Positions 1 through 9,744 of a DNA stretch of 64,000 bases are shown here, piece after piece (positions within the stretch are counted from its first letter, which is position 1; the number at the start of each line of letters is the position of its first letter). The translations under genes and the position numbers were made by a program. The notes below the pieces were generated by a model, which was not told where the DNA came from, made no database searches, and worked only from the letters and a program-made list of their open reading frames with translations. The DNA comes from Bacilli bacterium (GTDB lineage: Bacteria; Bacillota_I; Bacilli_A; RF39; UBA660). The stretch covers positions 6,067 through 70,066 of the forward strand of contig JAFUTO010000032.1 of the NCBI GenBank assembly GCA_017484205.1, written 5' to 3'.

Positions 1-620
1 ACTTTTTCTTCTGAATATTCAGCACCATAATCTTTAATATTTTCTATAATACCACCTGAACTTGTATAATAAGTAACTAATTCTTTAGTAGTATATCCCA
101 TAATTGCAACATTGCCTCTATATACTATAAGATCATTTATATGGCTTTGTAAAAAAGCATCATTTACACTATCCAATAATATATTTACTCTTCCATATCC
201 TCTTTTTGTATCCTTTGCTTTAGTTTTTATAATTGTGTTAGTTATTATAGGTGATAACAAATCCATATTAGCAATTTTTTCTATATCACCACTAAACAAA
301 TCTTTTTCAATATCACTTACATTAGTTTTATGGTATTCGTCTATATTCGCATTTTTAAGCATTTTATAATTTAAATATTGATTTATTATTCTATGTTTTA
401 TATTATCATAGTTATCATTAGATTGTATACCATCAAATATTTTATCTAATTCATTAAAATCATCAAATTCTAATACAATATCTAAAAATCCATAATCTTT
501 TTTTAATAATTCTTTTATTTTTTCATATTTATCTTTTTCTTCTTCACTCATAAAGTAAATACGATTATCATAATAATGACTTTGTAAGTCACTTTCTACT
601 TTACTCTCAATACTTTTCAT
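1..620 (-). CDS. hypothetical protein (C-terminus beyond window start); paralog of the next gene
   Basis: ATG at 618-620 (minus) preceded by AGGTGG. Open frame runs to position 1. Translation (MKSIESKVESDL...KDYGFLDIVLEFDDF...MGYTTKEL...) is alignable with the 629..1243 product. Confidence 0.45.
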   Translation of the reverse strand, partial: MKSIESKVESDLQSHYYDNRIYFMSEEEKDKYEKIKELLKKDYGFLDIVLEFDDFNELDKIFDGIQSNDNYDNIKHRIINQYLNYKMLKNANIDEYHKTNVSDIEKDLFSGDIEKIANMDLLSPIITNTIIKTKAKDTKRGYGRVNILLDSVNDAFLQSHINDLIVYRGNVAIMGYTTKELVTYYTSSGGIIENIKDYGAEYSEEK

Positions 621-628
621 AAAACCAC

Positions 629-1243
629 CTACTTTAGTTCCTTTCTTTTTGCCTTAGTACAGTATGCCTGATAGTCATGTGGAGATTCTATAGTGGCATA
701 TCCTAATGTATTTGTATAACTCTGTAATTCCATTGTAGTATAACCCATTCTAACAATATTACTTCTATATATAAATATGTCATTTATATTTTTTTGTAAA
801 GTTTCATTTAAAACTTCATCTAAGAAAAAATGTATTCTTGCTTTTGCATGTTCTTTTTCTAATGCCTTTTCTTTTATTTGGTATGACACACTTTCAAAAT
901 CAATAAATACTTTTAATAAATCATTTATATCACCATTAAATAATGCTTTGTTAACTTCATCTGTATTAACACCTGAATTTGTTAATATGCTGTAATATAA
1001 ATATGTCCTTGTAATAAAGTTTTTAAGTATTTCTATATCTTCTTTATTTTTATCCTTTGATATAGAGTCATACATTGGTTTAAGCTTACCATAATCTTTA
1101 AAATCTAATACAATATCTAAAAATCCATAGTCTTTAGTCAATAATTCTTTTATCATATTATAATTATCTTTTTCAGATTTTCCTAAATAATAAATTTTAT
1201 TATAACCACTAAAAGACTCAATATCATTTTTAATAATTTCCAT
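629..1243 (-). CDS. hypothetical protein, tandem paralog (no recognisable domain)
   Basis: ORF track 629..1258 uses a TTG start. ATG at 1241-1243 (MEIIKNDIE) is more plausible. Shares KDYGFLDIVLDF and MGYTT(M/K)EL motifs with the truncated upstream copy. Confidence 0.5.
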   Translation of the reverse strand: MEIIKNDIESFSGYNKIYYLGKSEKDNYNMIKELLTKDYGFLDIVLDFKDYGKLKPMYDSISKDKNKEDIEILKNFITRTYLYYSILTNSGVNTDEVNKALFNGDINDLLKVFIDFESVSYQIKEKALEKEHAKARIHFFLDEVLNETLQKNINDIFIYRSNIVRMGYTTMELQSYTNTLGYATIESPHDYQAYCTKAKRKELK

Positions 1244-1500
1244 AAAAACACCCCACAAAACAAAAAAAGATGGTATTAAGGAGTCATAAAGACGGTACCA
1301 TCCCTTGTTTAACTTAATTTGATAACGGGTAACCCCGGAAATCTCTTTCGAGTTCAGCTCTAAGGTAGTAACTATTAAACTTCTGTATTAGTTTCCATCA
1401 ACCACTAACTTTCTATAACATCTATTTAATAATCGTGTCCTTTTCTTTGCTTTCTATATTTATTTTAACACAAATGAAATTAAAAATAAATATTATTTAA

Positions 1501-1528
1501 GAAAAACAATACAATTTCTTGTATTGTT
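1501..1528 (-). terminator. intrinsic terminator downstream of the pilin-like gene
   Basis: ACAATACAA-tttc-TTGTATTGT hairpin (1507-1528) with an A-run on the plus strand (U-run on the minus strand). Confidence 0.45.
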
Positions 1529-1543
1529 TGTTTATCGTAACCA

Positions 1544-2548
1544 TTACTGTAAATCAGATTTAAGTACTGTAATGACAGGACGAACGCCAAACCATTGGTA
1601 ATGTGCACCAGCAGTCACATTCATTGTACCATCATTTGCTATAGCCCAGGCTCTTTCGCGACCATCACCATCGCTAGTCCAGTAACCATATGAACTCGCC
1701 ATATTTTCATATGACCAATTATATGAAATAATTTTAGTTGCTTCTTCTTTTGTTATTAATCTTGCTTTATATTCACTATAATTAATTGTATATGTGTTAC
1801 TACCCTCAACAGCATCAGTCAATGTATAAGAATAATTCACTGGTAGTACAGTTTTGTTCCAAGATAACGTATCATTTTTTAAAGATTCCAAAACTTCTTT
1901 TGGACCTGCATAAGTAGTTTCATCACTATTCCATACAACGCTACTTGTTGTATTATGATCTAGTATCATTGTTACTTTATCACTGGTTGATGAACTTGCT
2001 TCTATTACATAGAATTTCATACATCCTTCTTTTGTTCCTGTTGTTGATACTGGGCTTGTACATTTTGTTCCATTTGTTACATCAAAATTAATAGCATCTC
2101 CTACAGCATATGAAGCATATGTTGTTGGTACTTCAATATCACCTGATACTGCTCCTCCTGTTGATGTATAACTATATGTTAGTTTCCAACTACTTTCTTT
2201 ACATCCTGTCGCACCAATAACAAGACCATTTGAAATAGCATATTTTTCACATACTATATTATCATTGTCTGGAAAATCAAATCCAAACTTTGTATTTCTA
2301 TCGTTAATTGTTCCATCAGTTGTTATTGTTTTATCTAAATAACGAATATCCTTTCCTTCATTAAATGCCTTTGTCATAATTCCATATTCTATATTATCTA
2401 TATGGCCTTCTACACTCCTTGCATTTGCTGAATTCCTTGATGATGTTATTATATTACTTACTACTGGTGTTACTATAAGTGCGATTATTGCTAGTATTAC
2501 TATTACTGCTAATAACTCTATTAATGTGAATCCTTTTTTATTTTTCAT
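1544..2548 (-). CDS. prepilin-type N-terminal cleavage/methylation domain protein (type IV pilin-like, 334 aa, large C-terminal domain)
   Basis: N-terminus MKNKKGFTLIELLAVIVILAIIALIVTP is the class III signal/pilin motif (G-F-T-L-I-E). C-terminal ...GVRPVITV is shared with the 9745..10797 paralog. Confidence 0.7.
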   Translation of the reverse strand: MKNKKGFTLIELLAVIVILAIIALIVTPVVSNIITSSRNSANARSVEGHIDNIEYGIMTKAFNEGKDIRYLDKTITTDGTINDRNTKFGFDFPDNDNIVCEKYAISNGLVIGATGCKESSWKLTYSYTSTGGAVSGDIEVPTTYASYAVGDAINFDVTNGTKCTSPVSTTGTKEGCMKFYVIEASSSTSDKVTMILDHNTTSSVVWNSDETTYAGPKEVLESLKNDTLSWNKTVLPVNYSYTLTDAVEGSNTYTINYSEYKARLITKEEATKIISYNWSYENMASSYGYWTSDGDGRERAWAIANDGTMNVTAGAHYQWFGVRPVITVLKSDLQ

Positions 2549-2589
2549 ATTTTCCTCCTATACTTACTATTCTCTACCTTATTTATTTT

Positions 2590-2620
2590 ATTATACCCCC
2601 CCCCCGACAAAATTTGTCAA
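2590..2620 (-). promoter_or_regulatory. sigma-A type promoter (TTGACA - 19 nt spacer containing G10 - TATAAT) reading into the pilin-like gene
   Basis: Minus strand reads cccccTTGACAaattttgtcGGGGGGGGGGTATAATaaaat. -35 is at 2615-2620, -10 at 2590-2595, spacer 19 nt. RBS AGGAGG sits 6 nt before the ATG at 2548. Confidence 0.55.
2596..2605. repeat. homopolymeric C10 (G10 on minus strand) tract
   Basis: Directly seen. Unique in the window. Lies within the promoter spacer above and is flanked by GGGGG at 2621-2625. Confidence 0.9.
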
Positions 2621-2627
2621 GGGGGAA

Positions 2628-2641
2628 TTGGCATCAAAAAG
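2628..2641 (+). repeat. 14-bp direct repeat TTGGCATCAAAAAG (left copy) flanking the IS30-like element
   Basis: Identical 14-mer recurs at 4204-4217 in the same orientation. Confidence 0.7.
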
Positions 2642-4203
2642 CGTAAACTATTTATTTAACTTCCCATTTTTTATTTAATGGGATTTTAACTTTGGAATTG
2701 TTTGGGGAATCTATAGTTTTATATACTTCAAATTTATACTATAATAACTATTGTATTTTTAGCTTATTTGAAAGGAGTATATATGAAAGTTAAAAAATAC
2801 AAACACCTATCTTTTGAAGATAGATGTGTTATTGAAGAATTCTTAAACTATGGTTATAACTTTACTCAAATTGGTAATCGTTTAGGTAAAGATAGAACTA
2901 CTATTTCTGATGAAGTTAGAAAACATAGATTCCTTAGAAATACTTCTAATGTTCCTTGTCCTCTAACCGATAAACCTCCTTATGTTTGTAATAATTGTAG
3001 TAAAAAAAATTATTGTACTAAAATTAAATATACTTATAATCATGATATTGCTTATAATGATTATATGAAAACTTTAATTAATTCTAGAAGTCATATTAAA
3101 ATAACTCGTGATCAAATTGATTCTATTAATGATATTATTTCTCCTTTGATGATTCATAAGCATCATTCAGTTAATCAAGTTTTCATTGAATATCCTAATC
3201 TTCTACCTTTTTCTAAATCTACATTCTATAAATATATTGATTTGGGTATTCTTAATGTTAAAAACATTGATTTAGCTAGAAGAGTTAAATTTAAAGTTAA
3301 AAAAGAATATGAATATACTAGAACTAAAACTAATCCTAGAATTAAAATTGGTAGATTCTATACTGATTTTAAAGACTATCTAGAATATAATCCTAATGCT
3401 TCTATTGTTGAAATGGATACTGTTATTGGTACTTCTGGCGGGAAAGGTGGTAAATGTTTATTGACATTATTATTTAGAAAATATAATTTTATGTTAATTT
3501 ATTTACTTCCTTATAAACAATCGAAGTATGTTATAGAAGTTTTTAATAATCTTAAAAGAGATTTAGGTATTGATGAATTTAAAAGATTATTTGAAGTTAT
3601 TTTAACTGATAATGGTACTGAATTCTCTGATCCTGATAGTATTGAAATCGATATGGATACGGGTGATAAAGTTTCTAATTTATTCTATTGTGATCCTTCT
3701 TGTTCTTGGTAGAAAGGTTCCATTGAAAAGAATCATGAATTTATTAGATATATTTTACCTAAAGGTACTTCTTTTGCTTTCTTAAACCAAGATATGTGTT
3801 TTAAGATGGCTTCTCATATCAATTCAGTCCCAAGAGTTTCTTTAAATAACTCTTCACCATATGTTGAATCTTTCAATTTTATTGGTAAAGATAATATGCA
3901 TATATTTAAAATAAAAAAGATCGATTATAATGACATCGATCTTACATCTAAAATATTTAAATAATATTTTAGAGTTTTAAGCTAAAAATACACATTTCTA
4001 TAATCATATTTACCGGGACGTTTCCTCTACCCATTTTTAGAAATTCAAACTTCCCGTCTTTTTGAATGTAATAATTTAACTTAAATCACTTATATATTAC
4101 CATATTTTTTTATTTTTTCAAATTTTTAACCCTTATTTTATGGGATGTTACAGAAAAACACCCCTTTTTATTTTCTTGTGGGATGTTTCTTTAAAATCTA
4201 ACG
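2642..4203 (+). mobile_element. IS30-family insertion sequence (boundaries approximate)
   Basis: Encodes an IS30-type DDE transposase. Imperfect terminal inverted repeats: GCGTAAACTATTTATTTAACTTCCCA at the left, CGTTAGATTTTAAAGAAACATCCCA as the complement of the right end. Flanked by 14-bp direct repeats. Confidence 0.55.
2783..3964 (+). pseudogene. IS30-family transposase interrupted by an in-frame TAG at 3710-3712
   Basis: AAAGGAG RBS then ATG at 2783. N-terminal HTH, core ...TDNGTEF... Then CDPSCSW-TAG-KGSIEKNHEFIRYILPKG (DDE motif region), continuing in the same frame to TAA at 3962-3964. Confidence 0.75.
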
Positions 4204-4217
4204 TTGGCATCAAAAAG
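4204..4217 (+). repeat. 14-bp direct repeat TTGGCATCAAAAAG (right copy)
   Basis: Identical to 2628-2641. Confidence 0.7.
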
Positions 4218-4225
4218 TTAATTTT

Positions 4226-4254
4226 TTATCAACAAAAAAATCCTCGTATGAGGA
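4226..4254 (-). terminator. intrinsic terminator of dnaI
   Basis: aaaaaaATCCTCgtatgAGGAT on plus, which is ATCCTC-ATAC-GAGGAT followed by a U7 run on the minus strand. Confidence 0.7.
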
Positions 4255-5175
4255 TTATTTTCTAAGATTTTTACTATCTATAAAAATATTATTAGTTAAT
4301 TGTTCAACTCTTTCAATGATTCTTCTAGATTTGATATTATCAACTTTATTCTTTGTAGATGCAAAATGTTCTTTTAAATCATCTATAGTTAAATTAGATG
4401 TAAAGAATGTTGGAAGATGATTCTCCATTCTATATTGAATTAATGGGCAAAAGATATCATCTCTACTCCATTCTGTATTATTTTCAGCTCCTATATCATC
4501 AATAAGTAATAATGGTACTGTTTTAACATAATCATATTTTTCTTTAAAATCACTATCAAAAGAACTTTTAAGCTCAAGTAAGAATTCTGGCCAAAATACA
4601 ATAGCGCTTTTATAACCTTTTTTTGCTAATTCATTAAAAGCCGCACTTACTAAATATGTTTTACCACATCCAAAGCTACCATTTAGGTATAGACCTTTTT
4701 GGTGTTGATTCTTTTTATAATTATTAATAAATTTTTGTAGATATTCTATTGTTTCAAATCTTTTTTTATCATTTGTATATATATCTTTCCAAGAAGCGTT
4801 TTTTATATCTTCGGGTATGTGATTTATATATACATTTTTTTGATATTCTGTTTCTTTTTGATACTTTTCATTATACTTACACATCTTATACTCAAATATA
4901 ATTTTTTCATCTTTTAATCTTGGTAAATAGCAGTATCCTGTAACTTGATTTTTACATTCTAATAAACCTTTACATTTAGAACAGTTATCATACTCTACTG
5001 CACTTTTTTCTAATATAGATGTATATTTAATTAAGAACTTTCTAGCTACTTTTAAATCCATAACTAGTTTTTTAAATTCAGGTTTTTCTAATGCCTCATC
5101 ATAAGCTTTTTCAAGATTATAATTTAGTTTAGCTTTAAAACCTTTATCTTCTAACTCGTTTAATACCTGTTTCAT
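4255..5175 (-). CDS. dnaI: primosomal protein DnaI (helicase loader)
   Basis: N-terminal Cys-rich zinc domain (CSKCKGLLEC...), Walker A GSFGCGKTYL, AAA+ fold. Adjacent to a dnaB-like gene as in Bacillus. Confidence 0.75.
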   Translation of the reverse strand: MKQVLNELEDKGFKAKLNYNLEKAYDEALEKPEFKKLVMDLKVARKFLIKYTSILEKSAVEYDNCSKCKGLLECKNQVTGYCYLPRLKDEKIIFEYKMCKYNEKYQKETEYQKNVYINHIPEDIKNASWKDIYTNDKKRFETIEYLQKFINNYKKNQHQKGLYLNGSFGCGKTYLVSAAFNELAKKGYKSAIVFWPEFLLELKSSFDSDFKEKYDYVKTVPLLLIDDIGAENNTEWSRDDIFCPLIQYRMENHLPTFFTSNLTIDDLKEHFASTKNKVDNIKSRRIIERVEQLTNNIFIDSKNLRK

Positions 5176-5180
5176 ATTAT

Positions 5181-6452
5181 CTACTCCATATTCTTTAATT
5201 TTTCTATGAATGCTTTTTCTTCTTCTTCAGTTGCCTCATCTATATCAGATTCATTATTAAGCCATACTGGATCTTTTTTAACTACTTTTTTAGTTACTGT
5301 TTTTCTTTTCTTTTCTTCTATAGCCTTATTCATCGCATCTGGCACTGTTTTTATATTATCTCTTTTCCATTCCAAAGCTTTACTTTTTACATAAGATGGA
5401 ACTAATCTATTTTCACTAGTTTTAAGCACATAATCAAGTAATACATTCGCGACACCTGGTGTTAACCCTATAGTATCAATAAGCATACTTACAATATCTG
5501 CTTCTTCTTCAGTAAGTCTTTCTACATTAGATTTACTTGCTAAAAATTCATAAGTAGACATAGTTTCAAAATCATAAATTTTCTTATCTTTTTTAGACAT
5601 TCCATTTAACTTAGTTCTTAAATATTCAGGTTGATTTTTGTATATTAATCCCACTTTAGAACTACCTGTTTCAAATTTATATAATCTTTTTGCAGACTTT
5701 CTAAGTTCATCTATATTGATTTTATGACTTTCATCTATAGAACTTAAAATAACTTTTTCGATCATATCATCATCATAGTTATATATCATAGCTAATTTAT
5801 ATATTAAATCTTTAGTAGCATTTGTAACACTTCTATGATTTAATACTTGATCAGGTATAACACTTAATATATTGTTTAAATTTATAGTTGGTTCATATGC
5901 AATACCTAATCTATTTTCCCTTTTTATTTGTTCAATATCATCAATGTCAATTAAATTCATTGTTTTAAATACATCATTAAATCTAACTGTTATATCTTTA
6001 TAATCTTTTAGGTCTATTTTAGGTACTTTAAAATATTCTTTGATATTTGTAAATTCTTTACTACCAACGGCATCATGAAGTAATGTAGATAAAACTGGAT
6101 CTTTAAAGAAATCAGATATTTTTAAAGGTGAATATAATTCATATACATAACTATTTGTATCTTCAGATTCTTTTAAATATGTTTTTAATAAGCCTATAGC
6201 TTCTAAAGATTCTCTTGCTTCTGCAATTTTATCAACATTTATATTCATACTCCTCATAAGATTATGATGTGTAAGTGTATTTGATGAAATTTCATATTTA
6301 TCTAGATATGACCATAATGTTAGATATAAACTAATAGAGATACTACCAATTATTGGTTGATATAACATTGTAAGTATTTTATGATCATAATCATGTAATA
6401 TTGTACGATTAACAACAACAAAGATGTCAGCTGGCATTACTATATTAGTCAT
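5181..6452 (-). CDS. dnaB: replication initiation/membrane attachment protein DnaB (DnaD-domain family)
   Basis: C-terminal DnaD-like region LTEEEADIVSMLIDTIGLTPGVANVLLDYVLKTSENRL...ALEWKRDNIKT. Operon partner of dnaI. Confidence 0.6.
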   Translation of the reverse strand: MTNIVMPADIFVVVNRTILHDYDHKILTMLYQPIIGSISISLYLTLWSYLDKYEISSNTLTHHNLMRSMNINVDKIAEARESLEAIGLLKTYLKESEDTNSYVYELYSPLKISDFFKDPVLSTLLHDAVGSKEFTNIKEYFKVPKIDLKDYKDITVRFNDVFKTMNLIDIDDIEQIKRENRLGIAYEPTINLNNILSVIPDQVLNHRSVTNATKDLIYKLAMIYNYDDDMIEKVILSSIDESHKINIDELRKSAKRLYKFETGSSKVGLIYKNQPEYLRTKLNGMSKKDKKIYDFETMSTYEFLASKSNVERLTEEEADIVSMLIDTIGLTPGVANVLLDYVLKTSENRLVPSYVKSKALEWKRDNIKTVPDAMNKAIEEKKRKTVTKKVVKKDPVWLNNESDIDEATEEEEKAFIEKLKNME

Positions 6453-6509
6453 TATATCACCTTATTTCTATATCAATTATAACATTTTAAGATATCTAAA
6501 TAAAGAAAA

Positions 6510-6534
6510 AAGATTAAAAAAAGAAATATTTCTA
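6510..6534 (-). terminator. intrinsic terminator of spo0A
   Basis: AGAAATATTTCT palindrome (6522-6533) followed on the minus strand by TTTTTTAAUC. Confidence 0.5.
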
Positions 6535-6538
6535 TTTC

Positions 6539-7312
6539 TTATGCACGTACTTTATTATTATCTAGTCTAAGTTTATCAGCAAGAGTAACTAAAAATTCTG
6601 AATTAGTAGGTTTACTTTTATCAAAATCAACACTTTGACCGAATAAATCTTCAGTCATTTTCCAATCAGATCTAGTCCAACCTACTTCTATTGCATGTCT
6701 CATTGCCCTTTCAACTCTAGAAGTTGTTGTATTATATCTATCAGCAATTCTAGGATATAAATATTTAGTTATATTCCCTATCATTGTAGGATCATCATAA
6801 ATAATTGTTATACCCTCTCTAATATATTGATATCCTTTTATATGTGAAGGAATACCTAATTCATGTAACATTTTAGTAATTGTCATTTGTAATCCACTAT
6901 CAACAAAATCTACAATTTTATTCGCATCTGGAATAGAAAGATTTTTAAGTGTTTTTATTCTTTTTTCTAAATCAGATAAATCATAAGGTTTAGACATAAA
7001 ATAACTTGCACCTAACTTACCAACAATATGTACCATATCATCAGTATCATAACTAGTTTCTACAATTATTCTTTTATTTATATGTCTATTTTTCATCTCT
7101 TCTAGAACATATACACCATCTTTCTTAGGCATAATGATATCTAATAGAATCATATCAATATCGTCTTTATGTTTCTCTATAATATCGATAGCTTCTTCAC
7201 CATCATGTGCTTCATACTTCACTTCAATCTCACTACTATCTTTAAAATATTCTTTTATAACATTAACCATACCTTCATTATCATCTACTACCAACATTTT
7301 AACCTTTTCCAT
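6539..7312 (-). CDS. spo0A: sporulation master regulator Spo0A
   Basis: REC domain (LVVDDN...D...K) plus the Spo0A-specific C-terminal domain: HELGIPSHIKGYQYIREGI and ITKYLYPRIADRYNTTTSRVERAMRHAIEVGW. Confidence 0.9.
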   Translation of the reverse strand: MEKVKMLVVDDNEGMVNVIKEYFKDSSEIEVKYEAHDGEEAIDIIEKHKDDIDMILLDIIMPKKDGVYVLEEMKNRHINKRIIVETSYDTDDMVHIVGKLGASYFMSKPYDLSDLEKRIKTLKNLSIPDANKIVDFVDSGLQMTITKMLHELGIPSHIKGYQYIREGITIIYDDPTMIGNITKYLYPRIADRYNTTTSRVERAMRHAIEVGWTRSDWKMTEDLFGQSVDFDKSKPTNSEFLVTLADKLRLDNNKVRA

Positions 7313-7446
7313 AATTTTCTCCTTCTATTATAATTATATAATTGTTCATTTCATTAATCTAGAATGAACAAAATCTTCTTTTGTTGATATATGACGAATA
7401 ATGTCTAATTTTATCATAAACAAAAGAAGTTTCACTAAAAAACTTC

Positions 7447-8454
7447 TTACTGCTTACTTCTTTGTCTTATATTCAAGACAATACCACCTAAAATAATTCC
7501 TAAATAGTATGTAATAAATCTCCATACTAACATAACAGAATTCACACTACTACCTAGAATAAATACTCCAAATAATGATGTAAATGCATATTCAAGTCCA
7601 CCAGTTCCACCTGGTACTGGGACAAACATACCAATCATTTCTACATATGCAATAGTAACTAATGCTTCATATACATTGAATGTATTTATACCCATACCTC
7701 TAGCTACTGTATATGGTACTAAAGCAAAACCTAATAAACCAATAAAGGTATATATATATCCTAGAATAAATGATTTTTTATCCTTTACAATTAGTTTTGC
7801 CCCATCATGTAGACTTTCTATATAATCATTCCACTTACTAATAACAGCTTTTTTATCTTTTACCAATCTTACTTTATTTAATAGTTTAATGATAAAATGA
7901 ATAACAATTTTATCAAATTTCTTATTAAACATAATTAGTAATAAGAAAGCCATAAATAAGATATTAATAACATAACCTAATATTGAGAAATATCTAATAG
8001 CGTTACTAGGTGGGAATAATTTCATAAATTGGTTAGAGAAAATAGCTATTGTAGCTAATGTGAATAGAACTAATTGATGTATAAATGAAGATAATACAAT
8101 GATATTAGTACCATCTGTTCCTTTCACACCATCATTTTTTAATGACAATACTTGAAATGGTTGACCACCTGACGAAAATGGTGTTATACCATTAAAGAAC
8201 ATTGTTTCCATTTGTAACCTTAAAGCTTTACCATATGAATAATTCTTATTATACTTTCTAACATATCTTTTGATAACAAAAGCTTTAAATATCCAATATA
8301 AACTCATTAATACTACTGAATATATAACCCATAAAGGATTCATTGTTAGAATATTATTTACAACATTACCAAAGTCATCTTTAAGCGAGAAATATAATAC
8401 TAATACTGTAAATATAAATAAAATAATATAATTAAATCTTTTATTTTTCATCAA
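7447..8454 (-). CDS. integral membrane protein, flippase-like/UPF0104 (lysylphosphatidylglycerol-synthase TM-like) family
   Basis: Eight predicted TM helices. Overall architecture resembles the YbhN/UPF0104 family. Weak assignment. Confidence 0.4.
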   Translation of the reverse strand: MMKNKRFNYIILFIFTVLVLYFSLKDDFGNVVNNILTMNPLWVIYSVVLMSLYWIFKAFVIKRYVRKYNKNYSYGKALRLQMETMFFNGITPFSSGGQPFQVLSLKNDGVKGTDGTNIIVLSSFIHQLVLFTLATIAIFSNQFMKLFPPSNAIRYFSILGYVINILFMAFLLLIMFNKKFDKIVIHFIIKLLNKVRLVKDKKAVISKWNDYIESLHDGAKLIVKDKKSFILGYIYTFIGLLGFALVPYTVARGMGINTFNVYEALVTIAYVEMIGMFVPVPGGTGGLEYAFTSLFGVFILGSSVNSVMLVWRFITYYLGIILGGIVLNIRQRSKQ

Positions 8455-9631
8455 TTACTTCTATACCAGGTAATTTGTTACCCGCAAGCATCTCTAATGA
8501 TGCTCCTCCTCCTGTTGAAATATGTGTGAAATCTTTAGCAAACCCCATATTTATAGCTGCTGAAGATGTATCTCCACCACCAATTATAACTGTTCTGTTA
8601 CCTACTAAAGATGTTAATATATCTTTAGTACCTTTACTAAACTTATCTATTTCAAATATTCCCATAGGTCCATTCCATATAACTGTTTTACTATTCAAGA
8701 TATAACTTTTAAATAGTTCAACTGTTTTAGGACCAATATCTACACCTATATCAGTATCATTCATATCTTTTATATCTTTAGTATAGATATCACTATTACC
8801 ATCTACTGTTATAGATGTTAATGTATCTATAGGAAGTATTATTTTATCACCATAGTTTTCTAATAAGTCATTTACATAATCCATATTATCATTATCCAAT
8901 AATGAATTACCTACTTTATATCCTTTAGCTTTTAAGAATGTATATGCCATTCCACCACCTATCAAGATATTACTGGCTTTATTTACTAGGTTGTTAATAA
9001 CACCTATTTTATCTTTTACTTTAGCTCCACCTAATATAATAATAAATGGTTCTTCTGGATTTTCTATAGTAGGAAGCATAGCCTCTAATTCTTTTTTTAT
9101 TAAAAATCCTATACCATTTGGTAAATGTGAGGCAATTCCTACATTTGACGCATGGGATCTATGAGATGTACCAAATGCATCATTTATAAATATATCACCT
9201 AGACTTGCCCAATATTTACCTAATTCAGGATCATTTCCACTTTCTTTATTACCATCTAAATCTTCATATCTCGTATTTTGAAGTAAAATAACATCTCCAG
9301 GATTCATATTATCTACTGTATCTTCTACTTCCTTACCTCTAGTTGCATCCATGAATTTTACAGGTTTAGATAGTAATTCTGATAATCTTGGAACTACTAT
9401 ATTTAAATTATTCTTTTCTAAATCACTTTCTTCTTTAATCCTACCTAGATGTGATAATAGTATTACTTTTGCATTATTATCTATAGCATACTTAATAGTC
9501 TCTAATGATTCTTTAATCCTATTATCATCTTCTATTTGTTTGTTTTTTATAGGTACATTAAAATCAACCCTAATTATTACTCTTTTATTATCTAGTTTAA
9601 AATCTGTAATACATTTTTTACTAGTTTCCAT
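8441..9631 (-). CDS. pgk: phosphoglycerate kinase
   Basis: Full-length PGK: RVDFNVP, HLGRxKE-like segment, GGGASLE C-terminal motif. Confidence 0.95.
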   Translation of the reverse strand: METSKKCITDFKLDNKRVIIRVDFNVPIKNKQIEDDNRIKESLETIKYAIDNNAKVILLSHLGRIKEESDLEKNNLNIVVPRLSELLSKPVKFMDATRGKEVEDTVDNMNPGDVILLQNTRYEDLDGNKESGNDPELGKYWASLGDIFINDAFGTSHRSHASNVGIASHLPNGIGFLIKKELEAMLPTIENPEEPFIIILGGAKVKDKIGVINNLVNKASNILIGGGMAYTFLKAKGYKVGNSLLDNDNMDYVNDLLENYGDKIILPIDTLTSITVDGNSDIYTKDIKDMNDTDIGVDIGPKTVELFKSYILNSKTVIWNGPMGIFEIDKFSKGTKDILTSLVGNRTVIIGGGDTSSAAINMGFAKDFTHISTGGGASLEMLAGNKLPGIEVIDEK

Positions 9632-9744
9632 AAGTATATTATCCTTTCTATACTACTCCGTCATCATTATAACATTTATAAAATACAAAATAAAGTATTA
9701 ACACATATAAAAGTGTAAAGTAAAAGACTAGTATGTAAACTAGT

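Noticed and set aside
112-369. Plus-strand ORFs listed in the six-frame track that lie inside or opposite minus-strand genes (for example 112..369, 777..995, 5206..5394, 7134..7367, 8475..8705, 9351..9701, 13422..13963, 17016..17324, 20729..20995, 31478..31753, 62759..63007)
   Set aside because: They are low-complexity Ile/Leu/Phe/Ser-rich shadow frames. AT-rich DNA yields long open antisense frames. They lack RBSs and overlap well-supported genes.
1259-1400. GC-richer structured segment (GATGGTA...TACCATC hairpin, GGGATGG...TGACTCC..TAATAC) upstream of gene 629..1243, reminiscent of a fluoride-riboswitch fragment
   Set aside because: It lacks the conserved AAAC.GC / pseudoknot core of crcB motifs. 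The downstream gene is not a fluoride transporter. Probably a leader hairpin or terminator remnant.
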